From assembly GCF_965196625.1 (NCBI RefSeq), contig NZ_OZ239769.1, positions 30,001 through 62,000 on the forward strand: a stretch of 32,000 nt of DNA, read 5' to 3'. This stretch comes from Candidatus Saccharimonadota bacterium (GTDB taxonomy: Bacteria > Bacteroidota > Bacteroidia > Cytophagales > Amoebophilaceae). Both the position numbers and the translations under genes were made by a program. How positions within the stretch are numbered: position 1 is the stretch's first letter; each line of letters opens with the position of its first letter. A model generated the notes under the pieces. It was not told the origin of the DNA. It saw nothing but the letters and a program-made list of their open reading frames with translations, and did not search any database. This document shows positions 18,748 to 25,910 of the stretch, piece by piece.

Positions 18748-20024
18748 AGAGGTGCCGATGTATAAGGCCCATAGATTGAGGCTGCAATACCACGGGCTGT
18801 TAAGTAATTTTCTTCTTTTTTTGAATCAATGCTATAAAAGTATGCTTTGGCTAGTTCAAGTGAAAATTGATTTTTTATGACTGTATCATCCAAATGCATA
18901 CTAGTTAGGCCACGAATGGACTTATAGCTGAAGCCGCGCTTTAACATAAAATCTACTATAGTTCCTTTGTCTTTATCATCTACTAGAGAGCTATAGGTCC
19001 AGTGGCCACTGTTATTTAGGCCATTTTTAATCAATATTTTGTCTTCATCTTTATCCATTACTGCCCATAATCTTGAGCTTTTATCTTTATTAAGCTGATA
19101 GCCCATAGAAGCAGCATGCTGTATTAAATTTACTTCTCGTTTGATACGATCTAAATCTGATCGTATGTTTTCTTTGATGATATTGCTATAGGTTTTTTCT
19201 GTTTCTAATGCTTTTATTTTCTGTTTTTCAGCTTCATAAGCATACGCACAAAGTTGATTAGATATATTCTGATGTACTTGTTTAAAGTTTAGTAGATTTG
19301 GCCTGGGTATGTCTGATGTAACAGCCAGCACTGTCTCCTGCTTTTTTTTAAGTGTTTTTTGTCTAAATTGACTGATAGGTATATGGCTACGTTCTGTTAG
19401 ATGCCTAGCTATCCCTCGATTTAATCCAAATTGTTTCATAGCGTTTGCATACCTATCTTGATAAGCCATCAGCATATGAGACCCTTCCATAAATCTTTTC
19501 GCACTTAATCTACCATCTTTACAGATCGGGACTACTACGCAGTGTATATGAGGTGTTTTTTCATCCCTATGTAGCGTGAAGCGAACAATATTTTCTGAGC
19601 CAAACTCCCGACAAGTAAACCCGTAATTTACTCTTTTCCAATCGTTAAATAAATTTTCATTTTGCTCAATTTCTTTCATCCGTTCATGGCTGCCGGTCAA
19701 TATAATACCTAAGGCTTTAACGGCATCTTTTCTAATTTCTTTGTTACCTTTGTATCCTGATTGTATTCTATTATGAATATCTTTTGCTAGGGTTTCATGT
19801 TTTAGAGGCGATAATTCTTCATTTAAATGCGTGCGTGTATGATCAATATGGGGGCCTAATAATTCACGCATTGCTGGGTCTATATCGTTTTTAAAGTGTG
19901 CTACATTTTGAGTCAAATTTTTTCTGTCTATATGTGTGCCTATTCTGCCTGTTTCTTTATATTTAGTGATGTGTAGTACGGCATATTGTATGGGTTGTAT
20001 CGTATATTGCTGCATATAAATCAT
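18738..20024 (-). CDS. MobV (Mob_Pre)-family relaxase with a C-terminal DUF3991-like region
   Basis: Motif I region THIDRKN...NDIDP and motif III HRDEKTPHIHCVVVPI (HxDE..PHxH). The C-terminal AASMGYQLNKDKSSRLWAVMDKDEDKILIKNG...DKGTIVDFMLKRGFSYKSI plus the final YLTARGI fit the DUF3991 pattern that normally precedes a Toprim domain. Confidence 0.8.
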   Translation of the reverse strand: MIYMQQYTIQPIQYAVLHITKYKETGRIGTHIDRKNLTQNVAHFKNDIDPAMRELLGPHIDHTRTHLNEELSPLKHETLAKDIHNRIQSGYKGNKEIRKDAVKALGIILTGSHERMKEIEQNENLFNDWKRVNYGFTCREFGSENIVRFTLHRDEKTPHIHCVVVPICKDGRLSAKRFMEGSHMLMAYQDRYANAMKQFGLNRGIARHLTERSHIPISQFRQKTLKKKQETVLAVTSDIPRPNLLNFKQVHQNISNQLCAYAYEAEKQKIKALETEKTYSNIIKENIRSDLDRIKREVNLIQHAASMGYQLNKDKSSRLWAVMDKDEDKILIKNGLNNSGHWTYSSLVDDKDKGTIVDFMLKRGFSYKSIRGLTSMHLDDTVIKNQFSLELAKAYFYSIDSKKEENYLTARGIAASIYGPYTSAPLCK

Positions 20025-20094
20025 GGGAAATTTCTTTCCCCTTTGCTTGATTATAGATTAACGAAATCGGAGAATAGGGCATTTGTGTGGAATA

Positions 20095-20130
20095 CACTTT
20101 ACGTAGTAAAGTATAGTGTGCTATACTTTT
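20095..20130 (+). other. Candidate MOBV-type oriT: overlapping hairpins ACTTTAC-gta-GTAAAGT (20096..20112) and AAAGTATAG-tgtg-CTATACTTT (20108..20129)
   Basis: Read directly, 71 bp upstream of the relaxase start. It closely resembles, as far as I recall it, the pMV158/MobM oriT core (ACTTTATGAATATAAAGTATAGTGTG/TTATACTTTA). Confidence 0.55.
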
Positions 20131-20234
20131 GAAAAAGTAGCCTACATTTATATGTAAGCTGTATGGGAAAAAGTAGTTATTTTTTACGTAGTAATGTTAC
20201 GTTGCTTTAATAAGATTTCAACAAGAGATTTATT

Positions 20235-21875
20235 TTACAACTTTATATGCTCTTCATGTATTTCATACGCCCAGTTATCTATCATCCTGGTTTCCTCATT
20301 GAAGTTAATGCCCAGTAGTATAATGGCTTTTTGCCTGAGTAAATAAGGTTTATAGTAGCCGTTTGATTTGATTTGTTCTAAAGCTATTTTCCCGGTAGAT
20401 CTATACTTTATCTCTATAATATAAATGGCTGTTTCTGATTCTAAAACGATATCCGATCTCCCTTGGCTAGAAGCGGACTCACTATGCATATGCATTTTTC
20501 TCCCACCTAAAAATCCCAGCCCTTGCAGTAACATATGTAAATTACTGTGGTATTGTTTTTCTTGCTTGGTATCTATATAATAGGGCAGTGTGGCAAAGGC
20601 TGTATTGATATATTCTATAAACATTTCAATTTTTTTGTCAGCTAGTGCCTTTCTAATTTTATCTCGCTCTTGTAAAAAATAATCTTTTACACTCTTTTCT
20701 AAACTGGACTTGATACTTTTCTGGAAGGAGGCTTCTATTTCTTTATTGGGAAACTTTAATGTATATAGATCAGTAGATTCATCATAATTGTCAATAGTGA
20801 GATATCCGGTTTGAAACATCAGAGATTTTAAACTAATCTCATTCCTACTTTCTGTATACATTAAGTCATCTCTGGTAGCTTCTATTTGGAGATTATTTAC
20901 CTGAAGATCAAACCTGTCAGGATCTGCTAACATTTGGTTAATGAGTAAACTTGGACTACCGGATTCGTACCAGTAGTTTGCTAATTCTCCAGTATTTAAA
21001 AACTTTAATGTAGACCAAGGATTATATACACTTATACCATCTTGGTGGAATTTATATCCATTGTAATAGGTTGCTATGTGGCGCATAACTTCTAGATCGG
21101 TTATGTTTTTATCCGCTTTTTTGCCCCATTGTACACCAATGGTATGTATGTTATCTGAAAAAGTATATACAATCTCTTCTTGCGTATATCCAAACATGGC
21201 ATCTGCATCTTTGGCAATAGTAATATCGTTTAAATGATTGGCCCCTGAAAATATATCCGATAAACTAAACTTACTAACACCTGTGATAAAGGTGAGTTGA
21301 AAATATTTGTTGAGGGATTTTAAAGTCATAAAGAAATCTTTCATCACTTTGATATTGGCCTTTTCTAGGTCAGAACCTTTGGTTAGGTGAACTATGGACG
21401 CGTCATATTCGTCTATCAATACTACTATTTTGGATTCATAATCATTCCCTAATTTAGTCATATCTTTAACTAAATTAGACAGTTTTGTTTTGAGAACCTG
21501 TCCAGTAAGTGTCAACTTGTGTGATGAAGCAACACACGTAAGTAAATCTTCTAAGGATAATTCAAGTAAATCAGGTGTGTTATTGTTTAACACTGAAAGG
21601 TCTAAATTAATAACTGGATATTTCTTCCACTGATAGCCATTTTCTTTTTTGCCTATATGATAATCTTTAAACACTTCTTGCTCTCCACTACATATAGTAT
21701 CTAGTGTATCAATAAACAGTGATTTCCCAAATCTACGAGGCCGGGCTATAAATACAGGGTTTTCTTTTTCTATTAGCTCTTGAGCATAGCGGGTTTTATC
21801 TACATAGTAGCCTGTTCGGATAACCCTTTCAACATCTGAATAGCCAATAGGAAGTGCATTAATCTTACGCATCAT
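20235..21875 (-). CDS. Predicted AAA-ATPase-like N-terminal domain fused to a PD-(D/E)XK nuclease-like C-terminal domain (AAA-ATPase_like + PDDEXK_9 architecture)
   Basis: N-terminus LPIGYSDVERVIRTGYYVDKTRY...FIARPRRFGKSLF, then VVLIDEYD. C-terminus GRSDIVLESETAIYIIEIKY (D..E.K nuclease motif). I prefer the start at ATG 21875 (MMRKINALPIG), 1 nt after the upstream stop, to the track start at 21920. Confidence 0.8.
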   Translation of the reverse strand: MMRKINALPIGYSDVERVIRTGYYVDKTRYAQELIEKENPVFIARPRRFGKSLFIDTLDTICSGEQEVFKDYHIGKKENGYQWKKYPVINLDLSVLNNNTPDLLELSLEDLLTCVASSHKLTLTGQVLKTKLSNLVKDMTKLGNDYESKIVVLIDEYDASIVHLTKGSDLEKANIKVMKDFFMTLKSLNKYFQLTFITGVSKFSLSDIFSGANHLNDITIAKDADAMFGYTQEEIVYTFSDNIHTIGVQWGKKADKNITDLEVMRHIATYYNGYKFHQDGISVYNPWSTLKFLNTGELANYWYESGSPSLLINQMLADPDRFDLQVNNLQIEATRDDLMYTESRNEISLKSLMFQTGYLTIDNYDESTDLYTLKFPNKEIEASFQKSIKSSLEKSVKDYFLQERDKIRKALADKKIEMFIEYINTAFATLPYYIDTKQEKQYHSNLHMLLQGLGFLGGRKMHMHSESASSQGRSDIVLESETAIYIIEIKYRSTGKIALEQIKSNGYYKPYLLRQKAIILLGINFNEETRMIDNWAYEIHEEHIKL

Positions 21876-21876
21876 T

Positions 21877-22818
21877 TTATCTTTTTTGATTTGTTTTTCG
21901 TTCTCTTTCGTTGATTTCATATTCTATCATACTTTTCCAAGCCAACCGATCTTGTTCTGCTGCGATAGAAATCCGGTCAACTTTAGTTAAAGTAGAAGCC
22001 TTCTCTCGTAATTTTACAGCTTTTTCTTTAAGTTTTGTTGAGGCAATAATATTTTTTTGCAGCAAATTATAAGCTGCTAGCCGTTCATTGACCTTAAGAC
22101 CAGCTGCATCATCATCTAATAGATACTGAATTTCTTTATTATTGGCTAGTAACTCATCGGCTTCTCTTTGATAAGCGTCTGCTAGGAGTAACTGTTTGGT
22201 ATGGGCATATTCCCCGACCGTACGATCATATTGAATTGATTTTTCGATGTCCTTATTAAGTTTTTTCAAATCGGTATATTTTCCATTTGCTGCTTTGATA
22301 CCTACTAATTTACCTGTATTTTTCAGGGATCTATTCACTGAATGAATGGTTTGTTTTTCTCTTGCACAGCTATATTTCATGTTCTTTTTGAGTTTATGGG
22401 TATATTTTGTTTCCGGTATATATCGAGCAGGGTTAAAACTAATACCTAATAAATCTTCTGTTTGACCTAAGATCATTTTTTTAAAGCTCATATTCTTGAG
22501 TCTTTTACCTAAGTTAACCGCATCTCTTACCGCTCTACCAGCCTTTTCTATGGCTCTTTTGGTTTCCATAGCGGTCCTGGCACTATCCCTGATTTTATCA
22601 AAAGTGCTTTGTTCTGTTTTTGCAATCGTTTTAAGAAGGTCTACCTGTTTGTCTTGCTTGCCAAATAGTTTTTTTATGGTGCTACCAAATGGTATATAAT
22701 CTAACGTACTATTCACCACATCTTTCAGGGTCTCTTTGGCTTTATCCCATGTATCTCCTGCATAAGCTACGGTAGCGGTTGATAGAAAGACTAGCCATAA
22801 ATATCTTTTAAAACTCAT
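21877..22818 (-). CDS. Secreted coiled-coil protein in the tra operon (no family assignment)
   Basis: Internal ATG 22818 gives a signal peptide MSFKRYLWLVFLSTATVAYA and forms an ATGA overlap with the TraM-like stop (22815..22817). The rest is Lys/Glu-rich and helical. Confidence 0.6.
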   Translation of the reverse strand: MSFKRYLWLVFLSTATVAYAGDTWDKAKETLKDVVNSTLDYIPFGSTIKKLFGKQDKQVDLLKTIAKTEQSTFDKIRDSARTAMETKRAIEKAGRAVRDAVNLGKRLKNMSFKKMILGQTEDLLGISFNPARYIPETKYTHKLKKNMKYSCAREKQTIHSVNRSLKNTGKLVGIKAANGKYTDLKKLNKDIEKSIQYDRTVGEYAHTKQLLLADAYQREADELLANNKEIQYLLDDDAAGLKVNERLAAYNLLQKNIIASTKLKEKAVKLREKASTLTKVDRISIAAEQDRLAWKSMIEYEINERERKTNQKR

Positions 22819-23588
22819 CTGTTTTTTAATTGTTTTCCTACACAAACATATACCTCTCTACCCTTATGCAGTTTAAAGAACTTGGTTTTAGTTACATCTT
22901 TAATGAATTGGGTAGCCATTTTACTTATTTCACTGGCTAAGCCTGAATCAGCTTGATCGGTGATCATATCCAAAACTTTATGACTGTTGTTTTCAATAAT
23001 CGGATTAACCCCTTCACAGAAGAGACCAGGTAAGAAATCGGTATCGTAACAAGCTAAAGAGGCCGGGAAGGTCCGATCTAGATACTGGGCTACATGGATG
23101 GCTATTAATATTCTATTTTTAGCAAATTTGGCTTTCCCATATAAAACTGTACCCGCTGGTAACACGGTATCATTAATGATACAATTTTCTTCTAGTTTAA
23201 GGATTACAGAACTTTCGTCTGTTACCTTTTGATTTTCATCTAAGTGGGCACGGTAGAAGGTATTTAATATTTCTTCTTGTGGGTTATCTTGATAGGAAAT
23301 AAAACCTTGGCTTGGTGTGGTTCGAACAGTAGTTTTTTTAGGTAATTTCGTGAACATAGATTTCTTTTTTTTAGGCTTTTTAGGTTTTGCTAAAGGTGTT
23401 AGGTTAAAGAGACCAGCCAGTGACGAGATCCCTTTTCTAGAAGTTTTTTTCAGGAGCGATTCTTTTTTACCAGATAGTTCTTCATCATACTCGTCAAGTA
23501 ATGTTTTGGCATCATTCTTTTTAACCTCTTGAAAATCTGGAACTTTTACGTTTACAGGATTAAAATTTTCTATTTTGTGTTTTCCCAC
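22815..23588 (-). CDS. traM: TraM-like conjugative-transposon protein (C-terminal TraM domain; no canonical start for its TM anchor)
   Basis: VILKLEENCIINDTVLPAGTVLYGKAKFAKNRILIAIHVAQYLDRTFPASLACYDTDFLPGLF...KFFKLHKGREVYV follows the Bacteroides TraM C-terminal pattern (V.LRL...IP.G....G.A....RL.I.I......PV.L.VYD.DG..G). Called start is GTG. Confidence 0.7.
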   Translation of the reverse strand: MGKHKIENFNPVNVKVPDFQEVKKNDAKTLLDEYDEELSGKKESLLKKTSRKGISSLAGLFNLTPLAKPKKPKKKKSMFTKLPKKTTVRTTPSQGFISYQDNPQEEILNTFYRAHLDENQKVTDESSVILKLEENCIINDTVLPAGTVLYGKAKFAKNRILIAIHVAQYLDRTFPASLACYDTDFLPGLFCEGVNPIIENNSHKVLDMITDQADSGLASEISKMATQFIKDVTKTKFFKLHKGREVYVCVGKQLKNR

Positions 23589-23605
23589 AAAGACCTTTCC
23601 AAAGG

Positions 23606-24430
23606 TTACAATAGCACCAATGACAACCAGTAATAGATATTTACGCTACCATAGTAGGGTGCTTCTAAAAGCAGACGCGCAGGTATAGATAAGTTCACCA
23701 AGCGACTACCAGATTGCTCAATAAAACCCACTAAGAGTTTTCGATTAATAGATGTAGTATAGCGCGGTAAGACGTATACAAACATTTTACTGCTATAAGC
23801 GGGTATGACTCGATCTTCTAAGCCATATATAGGAAAGACGAGTTTTCTGCTTTTTTTACTGTTGTAGTGCTGAAAGTTGGTTTCAAATAGTTCAAAGGTT
23901 AGACCTGTTTTGTTCTCCAAATATACTTTTAGATAGGTATACTCCTCATCATGAAATAGATTAGTAAGGATAAGGTCATAGTACCTGGTATGCTTGCCTA
24001 TATTAAAATAGGTTTGCTCCATCGATCGAATCTGTTTTATTTTTTGTAATACCTGATGGTCTAATGTAGGATGGGGGCTAGCCTCTTCTTCTCCTTTGCT
24101 TGTAAAATCATAGACTTCTTGCGGTTTATGGGTTGCACGCAATAGACCGTTAAAGACCTTATTACCTTGCTTAAAGGTAACCACTATAGAAGTAGCACTT
24201 GTACCTGGTTTGGTAGCCCGCAATAAAACCATGTTTTGGTTGATATTAGCGATATAATCTTTATTGGGCATGATGACCTCTTTAATAGCCTCATCAAACA
24301 ATAGCATCGAGGAAAATCGATGCGCAACTTCTATCTCCTCTAAAGGACTATAACTGGTTATTTTTTCTGCCGCTTGAGCAGTCAAACAAAAAAGACAACT
24401 TATTAGTAGGCTACGTATTATCTTGCACAT
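23606..24430 (-). CDS. traN: TraN-like conjugative-transposon protein
   Basis: Signal peptide from the internal Met (MCKIIRSLLISCLFCLTAQA). Blocks IEVAHRFSSMLLFDEAIKEV, MVLLRATKPGTSATSIVVTF, YLENKTGLTFELFETNF and IEQSGSRLVNLSIPARLLLEA parallel the CTnDOT TraN pattern. Confidence 0.7.
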   Translation of the reverse strand: MCKIIRSLLISCLFCLTAQAAEKITSYSPLEEIEVAHRFSSMLLFDEAIKEVIMPNKDYIANINQNMVLLRATKPGTSATSIVVTFKQGNKVFNGLLRATHKPQEVYDFTSKGEEEASPHPTLDHQVLQKIKQIRSMEQTYFNIGKHTRYYDLILTNLFHDEEYTYLKVYLENKTGLTFELFETNFQHYNSKKSRKLVFPIYGLEDRVIPAYSSKMFVYVLPRYTTSINRKLLVGFIEQSGSRLVNLSIPARLLLEAPYYGSVNIYYWLSLVLL

Positions 24431-25070
24431 ATTCACGCTTATTTTTAGGGTCAACAAAAGTAAAATCAGTAATGAGTAATCCATAGGGATTTTCTTTGCT
24501 TCTGTGCGTTGTTTTCACTTTAAAATAAACCCCTCCGGGTAGTTCTTTATGATCTAGGCCGCTAAGCTTTTTGCCTTCTAGCCCTAAGAACTGCAAAGTA
24601 GTTGTATAAAAAGCTACTACTTCGTAAGGATAATCCATCAGATTGGTCTCTATCTGTTCAACTGACAAGATGGATATACCGTTATAGCTTTTATATACCT
24701 GAAATACCTCCTCTTCGTTGTATTTACTTTTTAGAAAAAGACCACTTTTTTTATCCATAACCTGTAAACAAGCCAGTAAGTTACCTTGATAGGTATATTC
24801 ATTATGCTCAAAAGCATTTTTTAGAAACTGCATGGTAAAATTTTCTATTTCAAAGGGTTCTCGCCGAATGGATTGTTTTCTTTTCCCGCTACAATAGCTT
24901 CCTTCTGGCGTTACAAAATAGGTTAAGTCACTGTTTATAGCACCGACCCATTTGGCAGCAAAGAAACAAGTTAAGCCCGTTAAAATAGCAACAACCCCTA
25001 TACATAAATATTGTATACGCCCGATCAGCCTACTGAGCTTATAGCTATTGAATGCATTTACGTTAACCAT
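24411..25070 (-). CDS. traK: TraK-like conjugative-transposon protein
   Basis: ~210 aa, a single N-terminal TM, then a globular domain ending in ENPYGLLITDFTFV (compare TraK ..NPNGFIIEDFAIV). Located directly after the TraJ-like gene with an 8-nt overlap. Confidence 0.75.
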   Translation of the reverse strand: MVNVNAFNSYKLSRLIGRIQYLCIGVVAILTGLTCFFAAKWVGAINSDLTYFVTPEGSYCSGKRKQSIRREPFEIENFTMQFLKNAFEHNEYTYQGNLLACLQVMDKKSGLFLKSKYNEEEVFQVYKSYNGISILSVEQIETNLMDYPYEVVAFYTTTLQFLGLEGKKLSGLDHKELPGGVYFKVKTTHRSKENPYGLLITDFTFVDPKNKREYVQDNT

Positions 25071-25908
25071 TTTTATTGAAACTCTCTTTTTTAAGTTTAT
25101 AAATCTGTTTACCAGTTGCTACGATTTGATGTATGGCAAAGCTGGTTACGGTGGTAAAGATCATGCCGCCCATCATCTCTCCTATGTATAATCCTGTAAT
25201 GGTACCTACAATTAAATACATCGCTACTAATGCTACAGACCCTATTAAGTTTAACATATCGCATCCCGCTACCGTTTTGATATTTAACTGAATAATGCTT
25301 AGGTCTATTAACGCCATGGTAAAACCCCACATAAAGAAAGAGAGGTGCAAGCTAAACCAATTGGCAGCTATTTTTTGATACCTACCTGGTAAAGCACTCA
25401 TAGCAATGGCTAGTGGTCCTATTTGGGTAGAAAAAACAAGTAAATAACCCCTTATGGCGTGCATTACCCCTCTGGAAAACATTTGTAAAAAGCCCAATAC
25501 AAGATTTTTGATTTTATTGAGTATTGATTGAATGATATAGTTACCTGATCCCCAAAACCCATCTGCTTGATTGGTTTCCAGGTTTGCTTTTTGTGCTTCT
25601 AAGTATTTTTGCATCGCTTGATTCAAACCCAATTCGTCTATTAACGCACTGGTTATATGATCTAATACTTGATTGATCTCTTCGAAATGGCACAGCAATA
25701 GTGCCAATACCATCCCTTTGGCGATATTCTCTATAATGGCTGCTTTACTACTGACTTCATTTAATCCATCTTTGATGTATCGCACGCAAAAATCAATACT
25801 TATAAAGGTAGGCAGTAAGAATAGCGCAATCTCTGTTGTGGTCTTTGTAACTTGCCGCATAACACTCCAAACTTCACTAGAAACATAGTGCACAGATAGA
25901 TATTCCAT
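25063..25908 (-). CDS. traJ: TraJ-like polytopic membrane protein (VirB6-like role)
   Basis: Multi-TM protein positioned between the TraG and TraK homologues, as in CTnDOT-type operons. Confidence 0.65.
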   Translation of the reverse strand: MEYLSVHYVSSEVWSVMRQVTKTTTEIALFLLPTFISIDFCVRYIKDGLNEVSSKAAIIENIAKGMVLALLLCHFEEINQVLDHITSALIDELGLNQAMQKYLEAQKANLETNQADGFWGSGNYIIQSILNKIKNLVLGFLQMFSRGVMHAIRGYLLVFSTQIGPLAIAMSALPGRYQKIAANWFSLHLSFFMWGFTMALIDLSIIQLNIKTVAGCDMLNLIGSVALVAMYLIVGTITGLYIGEMMGGMIFTTVTSFAIHQIVATGKQIYKLKKESFNKNG

Positions 25909-25910
25909 GG

